From NCBI GenBank assembly GCA_965261975.1, contig CBDHEC010000051.1, positions 32,001 through 96,000 of the forward strand: 64,000 nt of DNA, read 5' to 3'. The position numbers and the translations under genes are program-made. Below the pieces are notes generated by a model. The model saw only the letters and a program-made list of their open reading frames with translations, ran no database searches and had not been told where the DNA came from. The stretch's first letter is position 1, and every line of letters begins with the position of its first letter. The stretch comes from Alphaproteobacteria bacterium. Its GTDB lineage: Bacteria > Pseudomonadota > Alphaproteobacteria > UBA6615. Positions 50,539 through 60,407 of this stretch are shown piece after piece.

Positions 50539-50880
50539 TTATTCGCTGAATGCGTCGAATGCGGCCAGGGCGTCCGCGCCGTAAACCGTGGCGGGGCCAC
50601 CACCCATCTCGATGGCCACGGCAATTGCGTCGCAAACTTCCTCGCGGCTGGCCCCGTGGGCGACCGATTGCTTGGTGTGATAGACGACGCAGCCTTCACA
50701 TCGTTGCACGATGGCGATCGCCAGAGCCATTATCTCAGTCGTTTTCACATCGAGGGCGGCCGGTGTCTGTGCTGCCTGGGTCACGGTGCGGTGGCCGCGC
50801 ATGATGTCGGGGGCGGCGCGAAACAATTCGGTCGCGCGGGCGTCTTGCGCGTCGGATATGGCTTGATAGTCCTTGGTCAT
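50539..50880 (-). CDS. Carboxymuconolactone decarboxylase/AhpD family protein
   Basis: ALD.KT.E.MALAIA...CEGC...H, MGGGP. Confidence 0.9.
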   Translation of the reverse strand: MTKDYQAISDAQDARATELFRAAPDIMRGHRTVTQAAQTPAALDVKTTEIMALAIAIVQRCEGCVVYHTKQSVAHGASREEVCDAIAVAIEMGGGPATVYGADALAAFDAFSE

Positions 50881-50993
50881 AACGAGGTCCTAATGTCGGG
50901 AAGGGTTTGTGGGCCGGTTTGTGTTATTCGTAGCGTGCTCCCTTTTTCCGAATCTCGTCCAATAATTGATCCCTCGATTGGCTGCCAAATCTG

Positions 50994-51878
50994 ATGTCGA
51001 CAGCAACGTCCCGCCCGACAGATGCACCCATTCGCGGTGTCCTGATGATGTGTTTCGCGGTGTTGTGTTTCGCGACCATGAACGGCTTCGTCAAGGAATT
51101 GCGGGTTCAGGAATTGCCGCTCGTGGAGATCATCTGGGGCCGCTACTTTTTTCATACTGTGTTCATTCTGGCGATCTTCCCGCGCCGAATCCCCACACTC
51201 CTGTCCGGGTCAGACAAGGGGTTGCAGATTGTCCGGTCGATCCTCGTGCTTCTCGCGACCGCCTGCATGTTTACCGCCGTGGGCTTCATGCCATTGGCCG
51301 ATGCCGTTTCGATCACCTTCATCGCGCCGCTGTTGATCACCGCGCTTTCCGTGCCGCTCCTCAAGGAGCGGGTCGGGTTGCGACGGTGGATCGCGGTATT
51401 TGTCGGGTTTGTCGGCATGATCGTGATCGTCCGGCCAGGTGGCGGCCTGTTCCAACTCGCTGCGTTGCTGCCGATCACCGTCGCGATTTTCTATGCCGTT
51501 TATCAGATCATCACGCGGATGATCAGCCATCGAACGGACCCCATAACCTCCGTGTTCTACGCCGCGATCGTGGGTGGCGTGCTGATGAGCGTGATCGTTC
51601 CGTTTTTCTGGCAAACCCCGACACTTGCGCAATGGGGCATGTTGATCGTCGCGGGTTTCCTTGGTGGCCTGGGTCATTGGGCCATTATCATGGCCTACCA
51701 ACGTGCCGAGGCGCCGCTCGTGGCACCGTTTGCCTACAGCGAGTTGATCTGGGCAACCTTGCTGGGGTTGGCGTTGTTCGGCGATTCCCCCGATCTCTGG
51801 ACGTTAGTCGGAGCTGGGATCATCGTGCTCAGTGGCATCTACATTGTGCAACGCGAGCGGCCGACGAAGGCTGGATAG
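50994..51878 (+). CDS. EamA/DMT family transporter
   Basis: Two EamA repeats; FIAPL, LKERVG.RRW, APFAYSELIWA. Confidence 0.9.
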   Translation: MSTATSRPTDAPIRGVLMMCFAVLCFATMNGFVKELRVQELPLVEIIWGRYFFHTVFILAIFPRRIPTLLSGSDKGLQIVRSILVLLATACMFTAVGFMPLADAVSITFIAPLLITALSVPLLKERVGLRRWIAVFVGFVGMIVIVRPGGGLFQLAALLPITVAIFYAVYQIITRMISHRTDPITSVFYAAIVGGVLMSVIVPFFWQTPTLAQWGMLIVAGFLGGLGHWAIIMAYQRAEAPLVAPFAYSELIWATLLGLALFGDSPDLWTLVGAGIIVLSGIYIVQRERPTKAG

Positions 51879-51897
51879 CGATCGTTTGAATTGCCGG

Positions 51898-52392
51898 TCA
51901 GGCTTTCGCGAAATGTTCGATGAACACAAGCAACATATCCGGCGTGGCGCCATCTTCGGCCAGCGGTAGGATGACATCTTCCGCGCGGATATAGTTTTGA
52001 TGTGGACCGACATATGGCGTGTCGCTGCGTAGTGGTTTTCCGGAAGTCGCGACGTCGACGCAGGCGTTGAATATCCGGCTCGGCGATGCCATGTGATCAA
52101 TCTCTGACATCCAGCTTCCCGTCCAGTCCGTGGAAAGACGGTGCACGACATTGGTCCCGATCAATCGAAAACGGAAATCCCAAGGCTCGTTCCGCACATC
52201 CAGCAGGACGATCTGGGGAAGTAGAGTAGGAATATCGAGCGGATCGATATCGGAGCGCGCAGGAAGACGCCCTTCCTTGCGTTTGGAAGCCCAATAATTC
52301 TCACCCAGTTCGATAACCCGATCGCGAATCGACAGCGGCACATGGGTGCTCAGCGTGCTTTTTTTCACGGTCGTGTTGGAATTGAATGTCAT
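51898..52392 (-). CDS. Stand-alone PAS domain protein (PAS_5-like)
   Basis: YW...LPARSDIDP..IP.LLP, FRFRLIGT, LPLA. Confidence 0.8.
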   Translation of the reverse strand: MTFNSNTTVKKSTLSTHVPLSIRDRVIELGENYWASKRKEGRLPARSDIDPLDIPTLLPQIVLLDVRNEPWDFRFRLIGTNVVHRLSTDWTGSWMSEIDHMASPSRIFNACVDVATSGKPLRSDTPYVGPHQNYIRAEDVILPLAEDGATPDMLLVFIEHFAKA

Positions 52393-52523
52393 CGGTTCGA
52401 AAGTGGAATTGGATGGCGTATTGGGCGGCAGTTTAAGCACAGCTGTATCAATGTGGAATACTTACTTCCCGGATTGGCAACCGGCTCGATACACAATTAG
52501 TTGAATGCGATAGTACGCATAAA

Positions 52524-53543
52524 TCAGCGTGTGGGTCCACGCCGCGGGGGAGGTGGGCCGCGCCGGAAAGGTTCCTGACCGGGTCCGAACCCGCCTCCAC
52601 CCGGACCACGGCGGTGCGCAAAACTGCGATCCGGTTCTCCCCGGAAACAGCGGGGAATGAATGGGAAATTTTCCGTCAAGAAATAGGCGTAAGTGCCATC
52701 CGGATAATCCGGTGTGATGGTGTCGCGACCGTTGCATTCATCCAGATCACCCGCGTCGGCGATAAACTCGAAATCCTCGACGAAGCTGCCGTCATATTCG
52801 CCGCCGGGGCCGCTCGGGCGCGTGCCGGTTTTGACGGGGTAGCTGGCGTGCAAGGCGGTGATGGGTGAGGCGGCATCGTTGGGGTCGGACAGTCCGTAGA
52901 CCGCATAAATCGGAAAGCCGTCTGCCGCATAACCCACGATTGCGGAATGGGAGTCTCTTGACCAACCTTCTATCAGGCCCGTGGGAAGCCCGTGATAATG
53001 ATACGTACCATTTGGCTGAACATGTGCGTTGTTCCGGTCGAGGCCAAGGTTGATGGCGCCACCGATGGCTTCGTACCGCCAGCCTGAGTCGCGATCCCGG
53101 TTCCAGAATTCGGCCGCGCCGGGATCAAATGGTACCCCGTTCACGGCGATCCCGAACTTGCCCAGCTCGAGGATATCGATCTCCGGCCGCTTCTCCGGCG
53201 CGACATTCACCCGAAAGACATAGTCCTGCGCGCGGATTGCGCTGGGATTGTTACGGTTCGGAAACCGGCCTGTTTCGTGTTGCGGGATGCCGTTTGCGCG
53301 GATGATCCGCTTGTCGCCGGATATTTTGATCTCGACGCGGTTCTTCAGCGACCATACTTGCGCAGTTTGGGTTTCATTCGCCTGCGTGAGCCCGATCAGT
53401 TGCAAGGCAGGCCCGCTCGTGTGTGAGGCAGCGGAACCTGCAGTGCCATGCGCGCCTGCGACCCCGGGTATTGCGCAAACGACCATCAAGAGCGCTGCGG
53501 TACGCGAACATCCAAATGTGAAAATCGTAAGGATAGGTGCCAT
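52524..53543 (-). CDS. YHYH domain exported protein
   Basis: NGIPQH, GIAVNGVPF, NNAHVQPNGTYHYHG, GYAADGFPIY, DLDECNG; Pro/Gly tail. Confidence 0.88.
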   Translation of the reverse strand: MAPILTIFTFGCSRTAALLMVVCAIPGVAGAHGTAGSAASHTSGPALQLIGLTQANETQTAQVWSLKNRVEIKISGDKRIIRANGIPQHETGRFPNRNNPSAIRAQDYVFRVNVAPEKRPEIDILELGKFGIAVNGVPFDPGAAEFWNRDRDSGWRYEAIGGAINLGLDRNNAHVQPNGTYHYHGLPTGLIEGWSRDSHSAIVGYAADGFPIYAVYGLSDPNDAASPITALHASYPVKTGTRPSGPGGEYDGSFVEDFEFIADAGDLDECNGRDTITPDYPDGTYAYFLTENFPFIPRCFRGEPDRSFAHRRGPGGGGFGPGQEPFRRGPPPPRRGPTR

Positions 53544-53651
53544 CGCCGGGTTCCATGCCGTTTCGCCGTTCAAACATATCGGGAATGGGGGAATGAACAA
53601 ACGCCCGCGAGCGGCTCATTCATCGGCGAAAATTTGGGTGATGGCCGAAAC

Positions 53652-53682
53652 CAAAAAGGACCAGCCTGAGAGGCTGGTCCTT
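53652..53682 (-). terminator. Intrinsic terminator after tRNA-Asn
   Basis: AAGGACCAGCCT-GAG-AGGCTGGTCCTT inverted repeat followed by a T-run on the minus strand. Confidence 0.8.
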
Positions 53683-53687
53683 GGAAT

Positions 53688-53763
53688 TGGCTCCGGCGGT
53701 AGGACTCGAACCTACGACCTAGCGGTTAACAGCCGCTTGCTCTACCAACTGAGCTACACCGGA
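53688..53763 (-). tRNA. tRNA-Asn(GTT)
   Basis: TCCGGTG...AGCGGCT GTT AACCGCT...GGTTCGAGTCC...GGAGCCA. Confidence 0.97.
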
Positions 53764-53815
53764 TCAGAGGCGCGCGGTTATAGCAAACCCCGCTCGATAC
53801 GCAAAAGGTGAATCG

Positions 53816-54775
53816 TCATTTGTTGTCGGGAACAATCCAGGTGCCGGTCTCGCCGGCGATCGCGCGCCCAAGATTTTGCGGGTTGGTGATGATCCCGGTC
53901 GCACCGCCAGCCTCGATAAACTCTGTAATCGCATCGATTTTTGGTCCCATTCTGCCTTCGGGAAACTGACCGTCAGCCTTGTGGGCACGGGCTTCGGAGA
54001 CGGTCATGCGATCGATCCAGCTTTCGTCAGGCTGGCCGAAGTTCACCGCCACTTTCTCGACTTCCGTCGTGATAACCAGAAACTCCGCATTGAGTTCATG
54101 GGCCAGTAGGCTCGAAGCACGATCCTTGTCGATGACCGCCTCAAGGCCCTGCAAGTCTCCCTCGGAGTCGCGATAAACGGGGATCCCGCCGCCACCGCAG
54201 GCGATGACGATGTGATTCGCATCGATGAGGGACCCGATCGCGCCGATATCCACTATGGACTGCGGGCGAGGGGAGGCAACAACGCGCCGCCAACCGCGAT
54301 CACCTTCCTCGCGCACGTGCCAGCCGTGCTCGGCGGCGTGTTGCTTGGCAAAGGCTTCGCTCATATGCGACCCGATGGGCTTGGAAGGCTCGTCGAATGC
54401 CGGGTCTGCCCGATCTACCAGTACCTGTGTGACCACTGCGACCGCCTCGCGCGGGATGCCGCGGCGGCGCATTTCGTTCTGCATGGCCCGCTGGAACATC
54501 CAGCCGATGGCCCCCTGGGTGTCGGCGCCGGCGTAATCCATGGGAACCGGCGGAACTTCGGCGATTGCAATTTCGGAACGGCGAAGGATAAACCCGACCT
54601 GCGGTCCGTTGCCGTGGGTCAGGACGACGTCCCAGCCCTGTTCAATCATGTCGGCGACGTGACCTACGGTGATGGCGGCAGCGGCATACTGATCAGGGAT
54701 CGACTTGTGGTCTGCGTCGATGATCAGTGAATTTCCGCCGGCTGCTACGACGGCGGTCTTCTGGCGTGGCGGCAT
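53816..54775 (-). CDS. arcC: Carbamate kinase
   Basis: GGNSL, THGNGPQVG, TQGAIG, PSKPIG, WRRVVASP, GGGGIPV, AVIDKD, MGPK. Confidence 0.93.
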   Translation of the reverse strand: MPPRQKTAVVAAGGNSLIIDADHKSIPDQYAAAAITVGHVADMIEQGWDVVLTHGNGPQVGFILRRSEIAIAEVPPVPMDYAGADTQGAIGWMFQRAMQNEMRRRGIPREAVAVVTQVLVDRADPAFDEPSKPIGSHMSEAFAKQHAAEHGWHVREEGDRGWRRVVASPRPQSIVDIGAIGSLIDANHIVIACGGGGIPVYRDSEGDLQGLEAVIDKDRASSLLAHELNAEFLVITTEVEKVAVNFGQPDESWIDRMTVSEARAHKADGQFPEGRMGPKIDAITEFIEAGGATGIITNPQNLGRAIAGETGTWIVPDNK

Positions 54776-54804
54776 GTCGACGCCTCCTTCCGAAGCCTCA
54801 ATTG

Positions 54805-56208
54805 TCAGTCAACAAATGTCTCCGCGAGCGCGGCGACTGCCGCTGAAAAGCAAGTGAGTGGCGCGTGGGTAATGCCTGCGCCGACTTGTCCGATGCCAGC
54901 CTCTCGATGAGCGATGCCGGTGTTGATGACGGGCGCGATTCCGGTGTCGACGACCTTGCGGATATCGATGCCCGCTGGTGTTGCCATGAAATCAAGGGCG
55001 GGCAGGGTGAAGGCTGTATTGCGACCGAATGTGATGTGGGCCATACGCTGCGAATTCGCGAGCGCGTCGGACGCTGTCCCCCCGACAAACTGCACGATGG
55101 CGGGCGATGCGGCCATGGCGAAGGCCCCGATCCCGCAAGTCTCGGTGATCGAGCTGTCTCCCAGATCGGGATTGGCGTCGGCGGTGCTGTAGCCGGGGAA
55201 AAACAACCCGTCGATGATCGAGGCGGGCGCCTCGAACCAGGTGTCACCCAGGCCGCTCACCCGAATTCCGAAATTGACGCCGTTGCGCGCCATGGCCGTC
55301 ACGAGGCTTGACCCGGGGACACCATGGGCAGCGTCGAGCATGGATTTGCATGCCGCCATCGAGAGGTTGAGAAAGAAATGATCGTTCGAATTAATGAAGG
55401 TGACCACCTCGGACAGGGTCTTCGGGTCGAGGCCAGCCTCCAGTGCGGCCGGTATTAGTCGTTTTATCAGTAACGCAGACGCCGCACCGTTGCGGTTGTG
55501 CACTTCGTCACCCATGTGCAGCGCCTGGGCCATGATGGGCTTGAGTTCGAGATCGCCGAGTGTCTCGAGCGTTGCGGCCAGCGCTGGTGCGAGCACGTCG
55601 CGCATCCATTCCAGGTGGCTGATGACATCGGGAGAGTTGGCGCCGAAACGCAACACCTTGCCAAGCCCCTCGTTCAGGTTCGAAAACGTCGTGTGATCAT
55701 GGACCGGGTCCTCGATGATCCAGAGCGGCATCGACGGGCTGATGATGCCGGCCATCGGCCCTACGGCACCGAAATGGTGGCAGGGTGCGAAAGTGATTTC
55801 GCCCGACCCCGCGAGCGCCTCGGCATCTTCCGGTGTGTCGGCCCAGCCTTCGTAAACACAAGCGCCGGCAATCGCACCGCGAACCGGCGCGCACATGTCG
55901 TCCCAGCCAATCGGTGGGCCGGAGTGAAGGATCGTCCGTTCGCCCAGGCCGTCGAGTACATCGCGTGCGATACCAACGCCGCGCAGGGTTGGCTGCGCGG
56001 CGAGATAACGCGCGAAAGCTGTCTGGTTCGCGTTCTCGATGTCTTCCCGATTGGTGAGGCGGGCGAGCGCGCGCGCGATGTCCTCATCATGCGCAGGTGG
56101 TGCCCAGTTTACATCGACCACGCTGCTGCCGGCGGCACGAATTGGCTCGGCGAACTGCGCCAACCCGACATTGATCACCGAAAGCGGTGTTCCGAACAGA
56201 TTGCTCAT
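54805..56208 (-). CDS. DUF1116 (YlbE/YahG/AllG-like) protein
   Basis: LHSGPP, PCHH..AVGPMAG, NEGLGKVLRFGA, ALHMGDEVHNRN, DLGDSSITET.G, INTGIAH. Confidence 0.92.
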   Translation of the reverse strand: MSNLFGTPLSVINVGLAQFAEPIRAAGSSVVDVNWAPPAHDEDIARALARLTNREDIENANQTAFARYLAAQPTLRGVGIARDVLDGLGERTILHSGPPIGWDDMCAPVRGAIAGACVYEGWADTPEDAEALAGSGEITFAPCHHFGAVGPMAGIISPSMPLWIIEDPVHDHTTFSNLNEGLGKVLRFGANSPDVISHLEWMRDVLAPALAATLETLGDLELKPIMAQALHMGDEVHNRNGAASALLIKRLIPAALEAGLDPKTLSEVVTFINSNDHFFLNLSMAACKSMLDAAHGVPGSSLVTAMARNGVNFGIRVSGLGDTWFEAPASIIDGLFFPGYSTADANPDLGDSSITETCGIGAFAMAASPAIVQFVGGTASDALANSQRMAHITFGRNTAFTLPALDFMATPAGIDIRKVVDTGIAPVINTGIAHREAGIGQVGAGITHAPLTCFSAAVAALAETFVD

Positions 56209-57728
56209 TGTGCGCTCTCCAGGATCGCAGCGGCGGTGCGGACCGCCTGGGCGTTGTTGTCGGCCACAAGAACGCCGAGATCGGACATTGCGTCACGCTG
56301 GCGTGCAAGGCCCTGGGGGTCGCCATCCGTGCCACAGACGAAGCCAAGCATAACGGGGCCGCCGGCTTTCAAGGCCGGCACCGATGACAGGGCCGGCGCC
56401 ATGGCTGAGAGAGGATCCTCATGGGCCCCATGTCCGAGCACCACGTCAAACAGGATTACCGCCGTGTCGGCGTTCTGCGCCTCGGCCACGATACGGTCGT
56501 TACGCAGCCGGTGGTCGATCATGGGATGGGGCCGGCCGCGGGTGAAGATATCGTCGCCGAGATCAAGGATGGTGTGAGATGCGCTCGTCCAGGGGTCGTT
56601 CAGGACCTGGATTCCGGCACTGGACGTGTTCGAGTGAACGCCTTCAAGCCTCCCGGCCAGCATTGTTAGTGCTTCGTAACAAAAGGTACCGCCGCTATAG
56701 AGCGCGCGGACATGACGGCGCTCCCCGGACAGGCTGGGCAGCGGCGTATCAATCAGTTCGCTCGCCGCGGCGGCCGTGCTGCCGGAAGCCGCAATGGCGA
56801 GTTGCGCGGCTTCCTCGAGGGTGCTTGCGTAGGAAACACCTGAAAGCCCTGACCCTTCCGGCGTGTGTCCCAACAGACAGGCGATAACTGGCTTGCCGGA
56901 TGCCACGGCATGCTCGATCACGTTCTGCGCGACATCGGCTGCGGGTGGTTTCGAGATCAACACGATGACCTGTGTGTCGGGGTCGGCGCCGAGCAAGGTT
57001 ATGGCGTGTTTTGTCGTGCGGCCACCGATCCGGCTGTCGAGATCGCGACCGCCGGTGCCGATCGCCTGGGACACGCCGCACCCGGCGGCATCGACAAGAC
57101 AGGAAACCTGCTGCAAGCCGGTGCCCGAAGCGGCGACAATCCCGATCGTGCCCCGGCGCACGACATTGGCGAAACCGAGTGGTGAGCCGTCGATGATCGC
57201 GGTACCGCAATCGGGCCCCATGACCATGAGGCCAGCCTGATCAGCCTGGGTTTTTAGGGCAAGCTCGTCTTCGATCGACACATTATCGCTGAACATCATC
57301 ACATTCAGTCCGAGCCGCACTGATTTGAATGCTTCGGCTGCCGCGAATGGGCCCGGGGTGGCAATCAGCGTGAAATTTGCCGCCACATTCGCGTCCAGCG
57401 CCATCTCGATGCTCCGCAGTGGTTCGGTTTCCGCGGTACCACCGCCCACGATCTCCGGCTCGGCGCGCAACTCGGCTTCGGCGGCATCGAGCGCTGCGCC
57501 CAATGTCGCTTCGGAATCGGCCTCCACCGCGATCAGCACCTCGTTCGCGCGCGCGCCGGGATCGCCCTCGATCAGCCCTGCCTCGCGCAGCAGATCCAGG
57601 TTTGCCGGGGTTGCCATGATGCAGGATGCCTGGCTGATCCCGTCGAGAAGGGAGATCGCCGACGAGATTTTCATCAGGGCAAGGGAGTCCCGGTACATGT
57701 CGGCAATGATGCGTGTTCCCATAATCAT
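56205..57728 (-). CDS. fdrA: FdrA (YahF/AllF-like, succinyl-CoA-synthetase-alpha-like) protein
   Basis: YRDSLALM, MMFSDNV, MGPDCGTA, ASGTGLQ, GTGGRDL, GGTFCYEA, DLGDD.FT.GRPHPMID. Confidence 0.92.
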   Translation of the reverse strand: MIMGTRIIADMYRDSLALMKISSAISLLDGISQASCIMATPANLDLLREAGLIEGDPGARANEVLIAVEADSEATLGAALDAAEAELRAEPEIVGGGTAETEPLRSIEMALDANVAANFTLIATPGPFAAAEAFKSVRLGLNVMMFSDNVSIEDELALKTQADQAGLMVMGPDCGTAIIDGSPLGFANVVRRGTIGIVAASGTGLQQVSCLVDAAGCGVSQAIGTGGRDLDSRIGGRTTKHAITLLGADPDTQVIVLISKPPAADVAQNVIEHAVASGKPVIACLLGHTPEGSGLSGVSYASTLEEAAQLAIAASGSTAAAASELIDTPLPSLSGERRHVRALYSGGTFCYEALTMLAGRLEGVHSNTSSAGIQVLNDPWTSASHTILDLGDDIFTRGRPHPMIDHRLRNDRIVAEAQNADTAVILFDVVLGHGAHEDPLSAMAPALSSVPALKAGGPVMLGFVCGTDGDPQGLARQRDAMSDLGVLVADNNAQAVRTAAAILESAQ

Positions 57729-58687
57729 CGGGTTACTTTCTCGTGCAAGTGAGCTTCGTTGAGTTTGTCGATGACCCGCTCGCGAAGTGCGGGTTCATGG
57801 ACGGTCAGGCCACACAACAAACCGAAAACGGTATCGCGGCCCGAGCTGTGTCCCATGTCCGTGACGTCGGCAAGGCGTGCGGGAATGTCATCGGCATCGG
57901 TCGCAATGGCATCGGTGAGTTTTGTCAAAGGAGATGAAAACCTGCCGGCTGCGGCATGAGCAATGCAGGCGCGGGAGACGTCGGTGCTGTCGCACGATTT
58001 GACGAGCGCGGCCTGAATGAGCTGCCGGAGAAAATCCTTCTGTGCGGGCTCATTGGCGCCGTCCCGGAAGCCCAGAAAATAGCCGGTTGCGAAATCGTCA
58101 CCGGAGGGGGTCAGGCCAGGCCCACGTCCAATTAGGCGATTCAAACACGCCGTGGAAACCGGCAGGTCTGCATTGGGGGCGGCGCGTATGAGTTCGGGAA
58201 CCGTCGTCTGGACGCTGCGCGCAAGTGCGCGACCGTATGAGTCCCGTCGCGGATCGGGGGAGAGTGCCATCGCGAATCCGGCCGCACCATGGGCATCGAT
58301 GAACAGCGACCATGCGTTGATCCAGCCGGCGATCAGCCTGGAGCTTTCCCGTTTTGTGGGTGAGGTTTGTTGCGCCCAGGCAATCGACGCGGCGGTACGG
58401 AAATCAAACGCCAGTTCGGTGCCTTGTATTCGCAGGATTCCGGCGCGCATGGCAAAACCCGCACCCGGGCGGACCAGTCGTGAAAAGTTGACCGTCGCGG
58501 GCGCGTCGATGCGCGCGGTGCCGGGTGCCAGGGCTGCATTGTTGCGCGCGTCGATGGTGACAAGCGTCCGCGCGTTGTCTTCCGTATCCACTGCCAGGTT
58601 CATGACGCGGCGGAACACACTCATGGTTGTCCCGTTCGCGATTTGCGCAGGGAAATGCTCCGGCATGTCGCTCACAGCCAAACGCAT
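57725..58687 (-). CDS. DUF2877 (YlbF/AllH-like) protein
   Basis: SVFRRVMNL, LIGRGPGLTPSGDDF..G, TDVS, GHSSG.D...G. Confidence 0.88.
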   Translation of the reverse strand: MRLAVSDMPEHFPAQIANGTTMSVFRRVMNLAVDTEDNARTLVTIDARNNAALAPGTARIDAPATVNFSRLVRPGAGFAMRAGILRIQGTELAFDFRTAASIAWAQQTSPTKRESSRLIAGWINAWSLFIDAHGAAGFAMALSPDPRRDSYGRALARSVQTTVPELIRAAPNADLPVSTACLNRLIGRGPGLTPSGDDFATGYFLGFRDGANEPAQKDFLRQLIQAALVKSCDSTDVSRACIAHAAAGRFSSPLTKLTDAIATDADDIPARLADVTDMGHSSGRDTVFGLLCGLTVHEPALRERVIDKLNEAHLHEKVTR

Positions 58688-58732
58688 GTAGTTTCCTTAT
58701 CGCTCTGCCCATTCGATACGGGCTTTGGAAAT

Positions 58733-58767
58733 AAAAACCGGCGGGCTCCCGCTGGAAGCCCGCCGGT
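58733..58767 (-). terminator. Terminator-like hairpin between the permease and DUF2877 genes
   Basis: ACCGGCGGGCT...AGCCCGCCGGT stem followed by TTTTATTT on the minus strand. Confidence 0.7.
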
Positions 58768-58781
58768 GTTCAGTTGGTCAA

Positions 58782-60344
58782 TCAGTCCGCTTTGGCCTCG
58801 GTCTTCTCAAGACCGTCACACCAGAACAGGATCGCGGCGACAGCCAGATATGCAATCGTGATCGTCGGCGATATGCCGAGCCCGTTGCCGATCCCCACCG
58901 CGGGGCCGTGGATGAACCCGAAATAGGTCAGCACGGCAGCGCTCAGTGCGAAGGCGGCCGCAGGCTTGTAGTTGCGGTCAATGATGAAGACGGCCATGGC
59001 ACCGAAGATGAGCCCGACGAGGATGGCGCCACTGCCCATGACCTCGAGGCCTCTGTAGAGCACGCCTTGATTGGCCAGTTTGTCCAATCCAACTGCCCCG
59101 GCGTTGGTGCCGGCCGCACCGAGCGCGCCATCGATCAAAACTTTGCCCCAAGCCGCAAGGTTGGGGATGAGTGCAAAGATGACCGCCGGTGCGTGTTTGG
59201 ACGGCGTCGCCTGGAACGCCTGCGCACCGATCAGCATGCCGATGTAGAGCAGAATCGGGATGATCGCGACTTGCGGGATGACCGCAAGCAACAACCCGAC
59301 AATCCCGAGCCATGTCACCACGAGCACGAAAATGCCGGTCACGGCGGAATAGCCGATCCGTCCACCCATCTCTTTCCAGCCGGGATGTCCGATATAGACG
59401 GCGTTGGCGAATGGGCTGCCGAACAGGGTGCCAACGAGGCTGATGATGCCCTCGGCACCGATCACCTGTTTCTCGCTGTACTCATCGCCCGCCACGGCCG
59501 CACTTTCGACATTGTCCATGGCTTCGATGAAGTCGTAGACGCCGAACGGGATCGCTGTCACCAGGATGAAGGCCCAATGCTGGTTGAGGCCGTCGAACAC
59601 CTGGCCGATCGAGATGGCCGGCAAGGCGAAACCGATAGCACCGATCGACTGGCTCACGCTGTCCACACTCATAAGTCCGATACCGAGATCGAACCAGGTG
59701 CTGAGCCAGGCTAACGCCGTACCGACGCCGATGGCGATCAGGCCGGCGGGAACCTTGCCGGGGTAACGCACACCGCCGAACCAGCCGGCCAGGATGATGG
59801 CCAGCGAAATCAGACCGATCACCGGGCTTTGGAAAATCTCCATCGCCGGTTTCATCGAGATGAAGGTGATCGAGATACCCGCAAGCGTACCCAAAAGGGC
59901 GGCACGCGGCGTCAGGCGGCGGACATGCGGTGCCACGAACGCACCCGCAAACAGCACGAGGCCCTCAATGAAGACCCAGGCGAGACCGGCCTGCCAGGCC
60001 AGCAAGGGATCGCCGGTCTGGATCTTGATGGGCAGCATGATCGCCAGCACGACGAAGAACATGTGCGGGACGCTGGGCCCCGAGGGTAAGGCGGCGACGT
60101 CGCTGCGCCCGCTCTTGTCGGCAAGTTTCCGAGCCAGATAGGCGTAGAACATGTTGCCGAGAAAGATCATCAGCCCGACAGCCGGCAGAATACGGCCGAA
60201 GATGACGTCGTCGGGCAGTTGAATGACGAATTTCAGAAGGCCCGTGAGGACCAGAAGATTGACCAGGACGTTTGTCCCGAGGCCAAACAGGGCGTTCCAG
60301 TCTCCCGGAACCCACCATGAAGCTTTCGTTGTACTCATTCGCAT
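58782..60344 (-). CDS. NCS2/AzgA-like nucleobase or ureide permease
   Basis: About 13 TM helices; GDWNALFG, ALPSGPSVPH, PRAALLGTLAG, NVESA..AGD.Y, VYIGHPGWK.MGGRIGYS. Confidence 0.8.
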   Translation of the reverse strand: MRMSTTKASWWVPGDWNALFGLGTNVLVNLLVLTGLLKFVIQLPDDVIFGRILPAVGLMIFLGNMFYAYLARKLADKSGRSDVAALPSGPSVPHMFFVVLAIMLPIKIQTGDPLLAWQAGLAWVFIEGLVLFAGAFVAPHVRRLTPRAALLGTLAGISITFISMKPAMEIFQSPVIGLISLAIILAGWFGGVRYPGKVPAGLIAIGVGTALAWLSTWFDLGIGLMSVDSVSQSIGAIGFALPAISIGQVFDGLNQHWAFILVTAIPFGVYDFIEAMDNVESAAVAGDEYSEKQVIGAEGIISLVGTLFGSPFANAVYIGHPGWKEMGGRIGYSAVTGIFVLVVTWLGIVGLLLAVIPQVAIIPILLYIGMLIGAQAFQATPSKHAPAVIFALIPNLAAWGKVLIDGALGAAGTNAGAVGLDKLANQGVLYRGLEVMGSGAILVGLIFGAMAVFIIDRNYKPAAAFALSAAVLTYFGFIHGPAVGIGNGLGISPTITIAYLAVAAILFWCDGLEKTEAKAD

Positions 60345-60407
60345 TTTCCCACTATCGAACGTGTTTAATCAGAAAGGCTGTTATGGCCAGATTTCTCCTG
60401 TTCGCAG

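Noticed and set aside
50949-50960. CGAATCTCGTC match to the tRNA-Pro T-arm as a possible att site
   Set aside because: Only 11 nt long, lacks the tRNA 3' end, and no integrase is present; likely chance.
53816-58687. Reading fdrA/DUF1116/DUF2877/arcC as a plain E. coli-type anaerobic allantoin module
   Set aside because: No allantoinase, allantoate amidohydrolase or ureidoglycolate dehydrogenase is nearby; the neighbours are TrtA-like and AtzF. This reading is not excluded if those genes lie elsewhere in the genome.
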